From Octopus sinensis (taxonomy: Eukaryota), in assembly GCF_006345805.1 (NCBI RefSeq), contig NC_042998.1, positions 186,124,001 through 186,188,000 on the forward strand: a stretch of 64,000 nucleotides of DNA. The letters run 5' to 3'. Shown piece after piece: positions 26,337 through 39,590 of this stretch (position 1 is its first letter; each line of letters opens with the position of its first letter). The translations under genes and the position numbers were made by a program. Below the pieces are notes generated by a model, which had not been told where the DNA came from, searched no databases, and saw only the letters and a list, made by a program, of their open reading frames with translations.

Positions 26337-28199
26337 CTATTGATTCATATATAGTTTGTGTGTGTGTGTAGGGCTAAATTACTATTTCAGTTTTAAAGAA
26401 GTTGAGGATATGATATAAAGAAAATGTAACTGCTTTTTCTAGAAGTTCATACAACCATGCACAGGCTTCCTCATTGGTTTATCGAAGCTTCTTTATTGGC
26501 TTATTGAAGTTTATTCAAGTATATTACTTCTTGATGGTTTGTATCTAGTAATTGTCTGTATGTTGTATCCACGACTAAGATATCTAGCTTTCAAACAGCT
26601 CAGTTTATCTAAATGTAAATGTGAAACTGACATGTGTTCAACCCCTCTGGTGAGTATGCCTTTGGAATAACTGGAATCTATTGAGCTGACTTACCTTAAA
26701 TCAATGGTTTTTGCATGGCTGCACCAGGGTACTCTGGTTTCTTTGAGATGTGTGTCCAGTTATATCACAAAAATAATAATAAATGTATAAGTATTTTAAA
26801 AAGCCTTTAAGCGATATGAATGAGAAGTTAGGCAAATATGTAAAGTAATGCCAGTAAATAAAAACAAAAACAAGCTACTGTATTATCTTTCAGAGGTTGT
26901 TAAATGCTTCTATCATATTTCAGAAAATATAATAGAAGCATTCAACAACCTGTGTAATTGAACATGATATCCTATTTTTGTTTTTATTTATTGACATCAC
27001 ACTACCTATTTTGTCTAACACCTCTACTGCATTGCTTAAAGTTTCTTTTTTTTTTTTAATATTTATATCATTTATACATTACAATGCTTCAAACAAATTA
27101 CAACACTCCTTTAATAATATATTTTAAAAATGTAAAAAATACAAACTGAGATTCTAAATATAAAGTCTTGATGATTATGTGTCACTTGTTGAATAAAAAA
27201 GTAAGCACTTCAGAATTTTCTCTTGTTTACATTTGTTATTTCTAAATATAAATGCATTTTTATAGAATATATACATACATTTTCAATATATATAAATACT
27301 TTTATAAATATATATAAATACATTTTTAATATATTTATTAAACTTTATTTGTGAAGTGTGATAAAATATCTGTAGTTTACGTTAGTTATGTCTATAAACT
27401 AATGTTTATAAGTGTTTTATTATCATACTTTGTACATAAAGTTTAATAAATTTATTTTAAAATAAGTATATATTTTAGTTTACAGACATAAATAATGTAA
27501 ATTTCATTATAAACTAAAATTTATAAATACTGTATTTTTTATGTCTTTTTAAAACTTTATGCATAGGGAGTAATAAAATATTTTTTATTTATTCTAAAAT
27601 GCACCTAAAGAAAAAAAAGAGAAACACTTGAAACGTCTGTCCTAGATACACTGAATGAAGACAGTCTTTCTGTGATACTCTAACAAACTGTAGGTTATAA
27701 CATTCAATACTGCAATCTTAGTATTACATAATTATTTTATCTGCTATGGAGGGATGAAGGTCAACAGTGGCCTTGATAGAGAAGAATGAAAAGTAATGTT
27801 GACCCTGATATAGAAAAACGAGATTAATTACTATATATGCCTGGTACATTTACCCTGCTATTTCACTGTATAATTTAATATCAGGGCTGAAGGTACTCAG
27901 TGTAACATTTATTTAGTAGACACAAAATAAAAGAATAGTTTCAGTAGTGACATTTCCAAAGAATGTCTGAATGTAAACTTTCAAAGTACCTACTGCTCTT
28001 ACATAACAGTTTATACAAATAAGAGATGATAGTCTGTAATATCACAACTAAATAATACTAAAACAACACATTTACCATAGTTTAATAGTTGCTAATTATT
28101 GTTTATCACAGCTGAAAATAATATTATATAGATATATATATCTTAAAAAATAACAGAAACCTATTAAAAAACACTTTTGCGATATAATTGCAAATATTG

Positions 28200-28780
28200 G
28201 TGCAGGTATGGCTGTGTGGTAAGAAGCTTGCTTCCTAACCACATGGTTGTGGGTTCAGTCCCATTGCATGGCACCTTGAGAAAGTGTCTTCCACTATAAC
28301 CTCAGGCCAACCAAAACCTTAGTGGATTTGGTAGACAGAAACTGAAAGAAGCCATCATATATATATATATATATATATGCATGTGTCTCTTTGTGTTTGT
28401 TCCCCCACCACCGTTTGACCAACAGTGCTGGTGTGTTTACATCCTTGTAACTTAGCAGTTTGGCAAAAGAGACCGATGGAATAAATACTAGGCTTAAAAA
28501 ATAAGTCTTGGGGTCAATTTATTCAACTAAAAAAAAAAACATTCAAAGCAGTGCTCCAGGATGGCCACAGTCAAATGACTGAGACAAGTGAAAGAATTGG
28601 TTTCAAATTTTGGCACAAGACCAGAATTTTCAGTGAGGCAGAGGGTAACTCGATTACATCATCCCAGTGTCTAACAGGTGCTTATTTTAATCAGCCCCTA
28701 TAGGATGAAAGGCAAAGTTGACCTCAGTGGAAATTGACCTCAGATTGTGAAGACGGACATGATGCATTTTGCCTGGCATA
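28200..28780. mobile_element. SINE family B (+) joined tail-to-tail with a family-A-related SINE (-)
   Basis: B from 28200 to about 28595, then ttggtttcaaattttggcacaag..ggatgaaaggcaaagttgacctc. Confidence 0.75.
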
Positions 28781-29503
28781 AAATTCCTGACTATTGACTA
28801 ACTTTTCTTATTTATTCACATTTTTTGTTCAATCTTTAATCATTTTCGAGTGTCCTGTTCTTAGATATGTTCTTACACATCCGTATAGATAAATCTTTAT
28901 ATCTTATGTAGAACCGATTTAGATATAGTGCAGGACATGAAAACATAAAAATGATGAGATGAGATTATCAGTTCAAAAGAGTATAAATTATTCAAACAAC
29001 TACTCATCTTAGAAACTTAGATATGTAATAACTTTTATGACATCTTTTTGTTTATGCACAAAATGTAGGGTCAGTTGAAATAATGTATAAACACTGAGTA
29101 CAGCAAGAATAGTGTAATGTCAGAGCAAAATGACTTGCTACTTAGCTTCTACTTCAAATGTTATCTATGCAAATTAGCTTGCTGAGTAAGTGGTGTTAAG
29201 TCTAATTCAAGAACATTGTTTATCATATACATTTATAGGTACACACACACACACACACACATACAAATACATGCATATTACATCCCATGGCAATACTATT
29301 TAAATGTGACAAAACAGTTTAACCTTTACAACAATACAGTGTTTGTGTGTGTGTGTGTGTGTGTGTACGTGTGTACGTGCGTCTGTGTCTGTATAACAGG
29401 AAGGAAATGATTTTTTTAAGAGATGTCTCTTTCAGGTTCAAATAAATTAATAAACACTACTACTTTAGGCTACTTATGAAATAGAATCAAAATCCATGTT
29501 TGG

Positions 29504-29567
29504 CTTGTATTCAGTCTCCATACCTACTTTCGTCTTGTATTCAGTCTCCATACCTACTTTCGTCTTG
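29504..29567. repeat. 30 bp perfect tandem duplication
   Basis: cttgtattcagtctccatacctactttcgt twice, plus cttg. Confidence 0.9.
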
Positions 29568-29852
29568 CAGTTGTCTGTCACTCACCTCCTCCTTTCTCTC
29601 TCTCTCTCCCTCCCCCCCTACTACTCTTTCTTCTATCAATGTTTTGCTTATATTACTTTGACTCCTTTCCGTTACCCTATCTTCTGCAACTTTCCTTTTG
29701 ATACTCTCTCATCACCCTCTTCTATGTCTATCAAAGATGAAGTAGACCTCTGGTACAGATGAATGAACAGAAACAATATAGAGTAGATGTTTTAGTCTTG
29801 CTGATGACAAGACAACTTACCTAATATTAGTGCTGTTACAAAACACACCTCT

Positions 29853-30285
29853 GGGATCTTTTCGGTTTGACCGGCAGTTTTTTAAAATAATTTCCACGTA
29901 ACTAAACACTTTTAAACTTCGTATACTGGTAGAATGTGTTTATAAAACATCTTTTTCTCTTGGCTTTATTGAGAAAATTCTATAGTTTGTAAGATATTTG
30001 TTGTTTTTTTTTCTTCAATTTCTGCAATTTCAACCAATCAATGACATCTATTGAGGTGAAAACCTTCTGTGCCATATGAATGTGTCCCTCATTTAAGGAA
30101 CAGATTGGGTTTATTTACATTTCTGAAGAAAAAAAAGATACCCTTCCCCCCACCCCTAACCCTAACTCTAACCATAACCCTAAAACAGATTGAAGCGCAA
30201 TAGATTGATACTAGGGTCATAATTATGGGTGACAATTTCATATGACACTGCTAGAAAAAACTGCCGGTCAAACCAAAAAGATCCC
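29853..30285. mobile_element. MITE with 31 bp TIRs, 6 bp TSD and internal telomere-like repeats
   Basis: TIR gggatctttt(c/t)ggtttgaccggcagtttttt; acctct on both sides; cccctaaccctaactctaaccataaccctaa at about 30154-30183. Confidence 0.88.
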
Positions 30286-30537
30286 ACCTCTGTATTGTGG
30301 CTTATGAATGAATGGAAACAACATAGAGAGAACTCTAATCTTACCAAGAGCAAGACTTCTCTGGGGTTGGTGCCATGATAAAATGCACCTAGTACACCCT
30401 GTAAAGTCGCTGACAATGGGAAGGGTATCCAACCATATAAACCATGTTGCAACAATGAGACATTGTTCTGACTTACCAAGAAGAGCAATAACTCTGTCTG
30501 ATTTTGTAATGACCCAGCCAACAAATGCCAGTAGCTA

Positions 30538-30830
30538 CATATCATCATCATCATCATCATCATTGTTTAACGTCCGTTTTCCATGCTAGCATGGGTTGGA
30601 CAGTTCAAACAGGGTCTGGGAAGCAAGGAGGCTGCACCAGGCTCCAGTCTGATCTGGCAGTGTTTCTACAGCTGGATGCCCTTCCTAATGCCAACCACTC
30701 CATGAGTGTAGTGGGTGCTTTTTACATGCCACCAGCACAGGTGCCAGGGGAGGCTGGCAATGACCACGATCGGTTGGTGCTTTTTACGTGCCACCTACAC
30801 GGAAGCCAGTCAAGTCGGCGCTGGCATCAG
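30538..30830 (-). mobile_element. RTE LINE 3' end
   Basis: Same UTR motifs. Confidence 0.85.
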
Positions 30831-31561
30831 CCTTTGTGAGACTCTTTCCAAGTGCATGTTTACACCAACATACAGCATCTAACTATGTTCTTTGTTACAT
30901 ATATTTATATACATGTCTGATTGCTGTTCCTTGGTATTGTTTTACTTCCTGTTATATAACAGGTAAATATTTTGATAGATGACTAATAGCTGGCACAGAT
31001 CAAAAGCGTAAGTCCAGGATGTATATTATAAATGTAGTTATTATTATGCACCTCAGGTGGCCTCTTCAGATAAATTCACTCTTGAATGATGTTAGCCTTA
31101 CTAATATAAAAATAACATTACCAAATGCTGATGTGTGCAAGCTTTTGTGTATGTGTGTGTGTGTGTGTATTATGTGTGCATGTGTTTGTGTGCACACATA
31201 TGTGTATATGGACATATATCATCATCCTTTTGCATCTGTTTTAGTTATCTTTTTTTATGATAAGACACCTCATATTTTAACAGCTCCTAACAGCTTAGAA
31301 ACAATATTTAAGAAGGTAATTTATCCTTAAGAGTTTATCAGTGATATTCCTTCTCTCTCTTTCTTTCTTGACTTTTGTTATTTTGTTTTGTTTCATTTTA
31401 TTTATTATTTATTTGCATGTTGGGTGTGAAAAAAAAAAGGAGGGGAGTAAATAGAGATTTCGATTTTCTTATCCGAATTTGAAACAAACAAAATAGTTTG
31501 CACTGATTTGACGAAAAGCTATCAGTCACTCATCAAAGATAAATTCAGCTACAATCTAGAA

Positions 31562-32095
31562 AAGGGGTCATCAAACTATGGCCCACAGGCTGGATCTGGC
31601 TCGCAAGGTCAGTTCATCTGACCTGCTGCCGCGCTGTGTCTTTTGTGTTAAGTACCTGCAATGAGAGTTTATTTGCCTCTGGTATGGCATCAGTGTTTGG
31701 AACAACTTATGTCTGTGAGTAAGCATTTTCAATAATGAAGTATGGGAAATTGAACAGTGTTGACTGATGAACATTTGAAAGCAATTCTCTCAGTTGGATG
31801 CAGCAATTCCAAAGCAAATATTGATGATATCTTAAAAGCTAAGCACCAATTTCACAAATCTCATTAATCTTTTTTGATGCTTAGTTTGAGAGATTTGAAT
31901 ATGCACACACTGGGTGTGGTATAACTATCTTATTGCTAATGTTGCCTTCTTTGATAACTTTTTGGTAAATAAATATGTTAGTTGTCTTTATTTTTTGTGT
32001 ATTCACTGTATTGTATTGAACAAAATGGTTATGTGGCCTTTGCTCATCAGTCTTTCAGTTATCTGGCCTACCGTAAAAAAGTTTGGTGACCCCTG
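31562..32095 (+). mobile_element. hAT (Charlie/SPIN/Buster-type) internal-deletion derivative retaining the transposase C-terminus
   Basis: TIRs aaggggtcatcaaact / agtttggtgacccctg; 8 bp TSD atctagaa/gtctagaa; internal MASVFGTTYVCE*AFSIMK..LTDEHLKAIL..FHKSH. Confidence 0.9.
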
Positions 32096-32553
32096 GTCTA
32101 GAATTATAATTACCAAATCTGCAAACATTGGGTATTGTAAAATGACTTCAGGACAGAAATGCAGTACTTAGATTGTGGTTTTGAAGTGATGCTGGAATGT
32201 GCATAAGATGTCTGCTTCTGAAAGAAAGAAGAGAAAAAGTTTAATCATTACAATAAGTCATTGGATATCTCAATTTCTGAAACAAATTTTGCTAAAATAT
32301 TTTCAAGTATCATATTATTAATTTCATCTTTCCTACCCTCTATTCTATATAACATTTCAGCAAATCTTTTCCCTCGATCATCCTCAATCACTTTATTCCT
32401 GTAAATGCTCCTAGGCTGGGTTCAGACTTAAAATATTCATTTCTAATGCAGAGTGATAACATTCTTCTCTTTATAGCTCAGTGGTTACAAGGAAAATACA
32501 AATAAAATACAAAACATAGAAAACGAGAGTAATACTTTAGAAATATTCAGTTA

Positions 32554-32880
32554 TCTCTATATATATAAACGTCAAAATGTCTGCGTGCATGTCCTTTATA
32601 CAAATCCACAATTTTTCAGTTAGAGGGCTCACACTTTCTATGGTCATTCAAAACCATCCAAGGGTGGTTGTGCACATCTTTACATTTCTCCAGTCACCCT
32701 ACAAAGCCATTAAAAAATCAATAGAAGTGACTTTTTTGTGAATTTTCTATCCAAAACCCAATCAAAATGCCCGAAACTTGATACACCAATTGAATGCCAG
32801 CTAGCTGTATGTGATTGGTCGGAGATTTGGACAGTACTTGCATGTATGTGCACACGCACGTTGCCTGGTCATAGTGCTAG
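32554..32880 (+). mobile_element. Non-autonomous Helitron-type element
   Basis: A|TCTCTATATATATAAACG start and atagtgCTAG|T end. Confidence 0.75.
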
Positions 32881-33434
32881 TTCTTTTTAAAATATTTCTT
32901 ACTATTAATGAAAAATATTTATCTTCAGCAATTTTTTTTTTAAAGATAAAGAATCATCACCCATTTTTTATGTCAACTTCTTCCATGCTATTATGGGTTG
33001 GAAGGGACTTTTTTGGATCGTTGGTCTTCCTGTTGCCAACCTTTTCTTGTTTCCTTTCCACATTCCACAACACATGAACTGCTGATCTGCCTGATAATAA
33101 ATATTTATACACAACAAGCATCTGTACAGTTTCTGTCTACCAAATTTCATTTGCAATATATTGGCCAAACTGAAGCTTTATTAGAAGACTAGCAGTATCG
33201 CCCGGCGTTGCTCGGGTTTGTAAGGGAAATAATTATATAAGCATTTTTAGAGATGTAAAGTATAATAGCCATCTCAATATGGCTAACCACAAAGGGGGAG
33301 GGGTGTTACTGTAGCTTTTTCGCATGGCCACAGACCAATGGCTGGAAAAAGCAGAAGAATAAAAGAATACATTCTCTGCTTTGGTCTTATGTTCAAGGCA
33401 TGAGAAAGCTTGAGTTTACATGAGAAGGCCTAAC

Positions 33435-33700
33435 AGACCTGGTAGAAACAGCAGCCAAATCTCCCTCAAATCACACCTTACTGTCTTATGTATGTATATA
33501 TATATGAGCCAATGAGGGGGACCTCTACATGGTAGCTAGACCTGGTAGAAATAGCAGCCAAATTTCCCCCAAATCACACCTTACTGTCTTATCTATGTAT
33601 ATATGTATGTATGAGCGTATGAGGGAGACCCCTACATGGCAGCTAGACATGGTAGAAATAGCAGCCAAATCTCCCTCAAATCACACCTTACTGTCTTATC
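33435..33700. repeat. About 105 bp unit in about 2.5 tandem copies
   Basis: gacctggtagaaatagcagccaaatctccctcaaatcacaccttactgtcttat occurs three times; related single copies near 2895, 10440 and 11420. Confidence 0.85.
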
Positions 33701-34188
33701 TTTCTGCTACTTGGATATAGGTGTTATATTCGTCGTAAAAAACTTTCTTGTCACACACTCACGCACACACACACACACGCACCCTCACACACACACACAC
33801 ACACGCACACACACACTCACACACACGCACGTTAGCTTACAATTTTATTTATATATTTGCGTGTCTATGTGTGGAAATTGGAAGTGGGAGGCAGAGTGAA
33901 AGAATCACTCACTACAGTAAGTCAATTACTTTCATTTTATTCGTTGCCCACTGTGTGTGTGCGTTTGCGTGTGGTGTAAACCAGACTAAGAAAAGCATTT
34001 GACACACACACCAGAATGTGAGTTTTCTGTAATTTTGCTTAATTGGAGTTAAAATTTTAAAAACTGGACCTGGCATGACGCGATGCATTGTACTCTTAAA
34101 AATGCTAGGTAAATTGTAATTGAAGAAATCCTATATTGTAGATTTGTATAACTCCCAAAGGGAGGCAGATAAAATCTGCCTTTTATAA

Positions 34189-35365
34189 TCTGTTATTATA
34201 AAAGGCAGATTTTATCTGCCTCCCTTGGGAGTTATACAAATCTACAATATAGGATTTCTTCAATTACAATTTACCTAGCATTTTTAAGAGTACAATGCAT
34301 CGCGTCATGCCAGGTCCAGTTTTTAAAATTTAAACTCCAATTAAGCAAAATTTACAGAAAACTCACATTCTGGTGTGTGTGTCAAATGCTTTTCTTAGTC
34401 TGGTTTACACCACACGCAAACGCACACACACACAGTGTGCGACGAATAAAATGAAAGTAAATGTAATATTTGTTTCTGTCTATCACGCTGATAGATACAT
34501 GAGTAAAATGTATGGGAAGCTAACAGATAACAGTGAGTGAAAATGTTCTTGGAAGAGAGTAAATTAGCGACAGAGTGATTTGAGGAAGACTAAACTGAAA
34601 GTATGAAACAGTGTTTATGTATAAACAGACGACACTTATATAACCCTTTCGTTACCAAACCGCCCGAATTTACCTATTCATATTTAAATGAGAATATCAG
34701 AGTAAATCTCTTTAGTACATTCGTGAAAACACGTATTATACTCCGTAAACACTTCAAATACAGTTTTGTACAAAAATCGAAGTGTAATTTTAATTCCGTG
34801 AATTATGGGACATTTTTTTCCGAAATTTGTTCCTATTGTGTTTTCAAAATTTGTAATTCTGACAAAAAATGGATACGAATTTCATTATATCAAGCAGCGA
34901 GTCAGAATTCGAAGGATTTTCTACTGAAGACCTTCATAAATCTAACTCTATGACTGAAAAAAAAAAAGCATCTTTATATAAGAGTGAAGTTGTGTGTCTG
35001 TCCCCTTCGATTTAGATTCGTAACTACTCCCACATTTTGCCGTGCAGTTTAACCAAAAGCGGGTATCTTATAGTCGTGATTCATATCGAGCCCTTCTGGG
35101 TATTAGCGGGCGTCTACGATGAGTCTACGATTTAAAAAAAATTTACCATCATATTTTTCCATTTTAATGCATTTTTTTCGCTTTTATATAAGGGAAGTAA
35201 CTCTCTAAAAATATCTACGATGTGTCAACGATTTAAAAAAAAATTTACCTTAATTTTTTTTCAATTTTTAATGCATTTTTTTGCTATTTTTTGGCTATAA
35301 CTCTCTAAAAATGCTTATATAGTTATTTCCCTTACAACCCGAGCAACGCCGGGCGATACTGCTAG
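34189..35365 (+). mobile_element. Composite Helitron-type element (plus strand)
   Basis: A|TCTGTTATTATAAAAGGCAG start; hairpin cccgagcaacgccggg plus CTAG|T end; second A|TC start at 34971. Confidence 0.8.
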
Positions 35366-38300
35366 TAAGAGATATTTGTCCATGATGCCATTCAGTGGAA
35401 CCAAACGTAGGACCACAGGAATTATAATTCTAGACTTGCTGCTGAATTAATCTTGCTGAATAAATGATAGTTTTTCCATAAATTATTTGTATGTTTCAAA
35501 TGCTGATAGTTACTCAGCTTCAAACTTAAATGATGTCGTCTGCATATCATTGTATGAATAAAGATTGTGATGAAATAAGAAATAGAAACAATTGTACCAA
35601 TAGACGAACCAACCTCATTGTCAGCATTGTTTTTATATCTGCTTTTCTATGCTGGTGTGGATTAGAGGCAGCATGTTCCTACCAGGTGCCCTTTCTGGTG
35701 CCAACCTTTTTAGTTACTTCTTATGACATGAAGTAATATGTTTTGCTAGTCTAGAAAACAAACCAAAAAGGCAGCAGGCTTTCATGGAAGATATACCTAA
35801 GAAAAGTAGTCAGAGATATTTCATCTTTATGAATTAAAAAGAAATCAATCAAGTTGATATTTGTCTCCATATAAATACTTCTTGTTTCATTTGATCTCAT
35901 TTTGAACAGGCTCCTACTGGTTTTGTACATTTTTGGTTTAAGAATTGTGCAAATGTTTCCAGTTTTGGTTGCATAGCAAGATGACAGATGTCATGTTTTG
36001 TCAGCAGTGAAGAAATGGACAGAGTTTATTGTATGAGACATTGAGCATTAAACTGTCTTCATATATTGCATTAGCTCTGTGTATCTTACTGTATTGATTC
36101 TTAGTCAACTGTTGCTCTATTGCAGTAATACACTCTGAGACTGATGCACTTGTCATTCTGTATCATTCTCTCTATCTTTATCACGTATAGTTCTGATTAA
36201 AATCCATTCACCAAGTTTGTATGGCCAATACAAGTGCCTCCTTGTTGAAGGAAAATCTGCAAGAATATTGCTAACTATGTACTTCTGATGCTCTTTCAGA
36301 CAATCCACTCAAATAAAAATCAATTTTAAAGAAACAAATAAATGACATAAATCAACATAAATAATGCAAAATATTTATTTAGGCATAGATATCATGTAAC
36401 ATTTTAATGTTCAATCCGTGACATCATTTATCATATTATACTGTACAGAATTAATTGTATATATTTTCAAATAATTGTATAGGGATCTGTTTTAGGGATA
36501 TGAAAGTACGACTTTTATGTTTTTACTTATTGTGTGATCTGTACAAAAACTCTCAGAATTATAATTCTTAGAATAACAGCTAGGAAAATTAGTTGAGCTT
36601 AAAATATCTGTCTATAATTAAAGGCAAGATAAAAATAGTATTTGATAAATAAAATAGATCATAGACAGTGTTGTACAGTCATTAAAATCTATTGGTGAAT
36701 AGTATGGTTGTAAGCCTGCAAACACGTGTGTGTTTGTGTGAGGGAATTTTCATCTGTAGTTATATGTATGTGCAAAATCACATATGAGCATGTAATATCC
36801 TTATCTTTGTGTATGTGGGTTGAGGAGGCTACTTTCCTCTACAGCAATATATATGTGCAGTAACACTCTCTTTATCTATGTTTGTATATATATATGTGTT
36901 GGTATGCACATGTGCATGCAAAAAGATACTTGTGTAAACTGGGCCTAAATATTTGCATGTCTTGCAGTTAGTATGAAATATTTTCTATATGTTCATATAG
37001 ATCAGCACATGAAGTTGATAGAAATTGTATATGCAACAACAACCTTCATGAGCTAAGCAGCTTTCTGTAAGCCAAGATAAAGGTTCATTGTTGTGATTTT
37101 TATGTTGCATATGTTGGGTTGATCCTTGCCCAGGATGCATGGTACAGCTAGTTTCCATATGGAGATAAGGTTGATTATCTTGTATATATAATACTTGACC
37201 TTTTAAGATAGCTTCACTATTATTACTTTTATGAATATGAGCAACTGTATCCAATGAGGTTGCTTATCCTATTGTCATGTTACATCTTACAGTCTTTAAA
37301 AAAGTGGAAAACATACTATGATGTACTCCTTGGTATGCAATGCTGAAGAGAAGAATGGGATGGTCATGGCTGGAATGTCTTTGGTAATAGATATTCTTAG
37401 TCAGGGGCTAAATAACTACTACAAATATAACCATTTTCATTTGACACTGATAGCTTGCTTATGTGAGTCAAGCCCCAAATCTACTTTGCTAAATTCACTC
37501 AGGAGAAAATATCTACAAATGTCAGCATACTGAAAGAATCAGGACCCAAATGTCATCTGAGGAATCATATCATGAGCAGAAATTAACCTACTGTTGAACC
37601 TTGCACTGTACTGATGAACAATTATTAGAAAATTTAAAATAAGCATAGCTCAAAGTAAGCAACATCAAGGAGTAAAATATAAACTCAGTCAATTGACAAC
37701 ATAATCCGGTGGACATTGCTAAACTGTCTTTCCACACAGCACAGTGGTGCAACAAGAGATTAGCTGTTGTGCTGTAAATACAAGCATAGCACACATACAT
37801 CGGGTGACAGGTGAAAACTAACTCTGCTTAAGGACCTAAATGCAGTTCCATGTTCTTCATTGAAGTAGTTGTAGTAGGAAGATAAAAGTGTTCAGTGGCT
37901 GATTACTCTTCTTTCATTGATAATTCTCTTTCTTCCCCACAGAAAAAATATTGGTTGTTTTAAATCAGAATTTCACAAACTGGGGAGGGTGTACCTCAGG
38001 GTTACTCAAGAGAAATTGTGGCATGTGGTTTGTTAAAAAAAAAAAGAAGTAGACTTTTGAAGTAAATACAATTTGCACGACTAGAAATATGTAGAAGGTC
38101 ATTTACTGTTACCATCCACTTATTGTGTGAGCAAGGCTTTTCATCAATGGATGCTAAATGACGATGATGCTAATTATGTTTATAATCAAAATCCAGTTTC
38201 ATGCAAGGCTGTCAGTTGAGGATTACATGCAAGTCTGCTTTTCTGAAACTATACCTATTAGAAAAAGCCAAGCTATTCACCTGTGTAATTAAAAAGTGAT

Positions 38301-38637
38301 AGAGTTCATGGATGGTTAATGAGTTGGATGTGATACTGAAGAAAGAACAAGAACTCCTAAAATATGCATATACACCCATTGTCAGTCATATTGTTTACAT
38401 TAGATGCTTTTGGATATGAAATGTAAATCAATGCTGGCTGTAACTTCTATAGAAAATCTGTAGAGATAACATTTAAAAAGTGATTTAATAGCACTGCTAT
38501 CACAGTAAGTCACATTATTGACTTACAAAGCATTTGATATACTTTATGGCATATTATAGTTGAATAATGATATATGGTGTCCTTACAATTAATTAAAATG
38601 AAAGTGATTCCTAATATAGACATAAAGCCATAAATTA

Positions 38638-39590
38638 TGCGAGAGGGTGGACTGAAAAGTTTATTGGCTTACTATGAAGAAATGATGTTAGAGCTGTGAC
38701 ATCTCGCATTATTTCAACTGTTTTTATTACCAACTGCATTGTTTCTTTTCAGGTAAACAGATATCTCATGTTCAAAGGAGTTTTCAAAAGAAACTAGTAG
38801 CAATTTCTCTTGAAAATAGACAAAATGTCACATCATGGTTTTATTAAGTACCTACAGAAAAAGGCTTTAGCCCACAAGGACATTCATGCTGACATGGTTG
38901 CTACATTAGGGGATGATGCCCCAGCTTTATCAACAGTGCAAAAGTGAGCAGCTGAAGGGAGAGTCTTGAAGATGACCCAAAGTATGGATGCCCTGCAACT
39001 GCCACCACCAAGGAAAGCATGGATCATGTTCACCACATTGGATGGATGACAAATAATTGATTATAGATCAAATAACCAATGCTATCCCAGCATATCCCAT
39101 GAGAGAGTTGAGAATTATCTGCTCAATAAACTTGGCATAATGAAGGTTTTTGCTCAGTGGATACCACATCTTTTGACACCTATTTCTTTACTACCCACAA
39201 GGGGCTAAACACAGAGAGGACAAACAAGGACAGACAAACGGATTAAGTCGATTACATCGACCCCAGTGCGTAACTGGTACTTATTTAATCGACCTTGAAA
39301 GGATGAAAGGCAAAGTCGACCTCGGTGGAATTTGAACTCAGAACATAGCTGCAGACGAAATACTGCAAAGCATTTCGCCTGGCATGCTAACGATTCTGCC
39401 AGCTTGCATCTTCTGACACCTGATCAAAAATGCATACCAGGCTGATCACATCATGGAAAAATCTGACATTATTTGAAGCTGACTCAGCTAGTTTCTTTGA
39501 ACATTTCCTAACTTAAGCTGAGTTTCAGGTTGATCACTTTGAGTAAGAGACATAGACACAATCCAAGCAGTGTAGTATCTTAGACAGCCT
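38638..39590 (+). mobile_element. Degenerate mariner transposon 5' half interrupted by a SINE
   Basis: IKYLQKKALAHKDIHADMVATLGDDAPALSTVQK*..SLEDDP..LGIMKVFAQWIPHLLTP|DQK (WVPHxL motif); left TIR-like gagagggtggactgaaaagtt. Confidence 0.85.
39182..39407 (-). mobile_element. SINE family A monomer
   Basis: 14 bp TSD atctt(t/c)tgacacct at 39168-39181 and 39408-39421. Confidence 0.88.

Larger units (their letters stand above)
33189..35372 (-). mobile_element. Composite Helitron-type element (minus strand) hosting a sister copy in its 5' tip
   Basis: 3' end cccgagcaacgccgggcgatactgCTAG|T at 33189; 5' end TCTCTTA+TTATAAAAGGCAG reconstructed from 35372-35366 plus 34188 downward. Confidence 0.8.

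Noticed and set aside
27334-27450. Degenerate AT-rich hairpin (tttattaaacttta / taaagtttaataaa)
   Set aside because: Short arms in an extremely AT-rich tract; likely chance or a decayed MITE.
30154-30183. Interstitial telomere or fusion scar
   Set aside because: Only about 5 degenerate units, lying inside a TIR- and TSD-bounded MITE.
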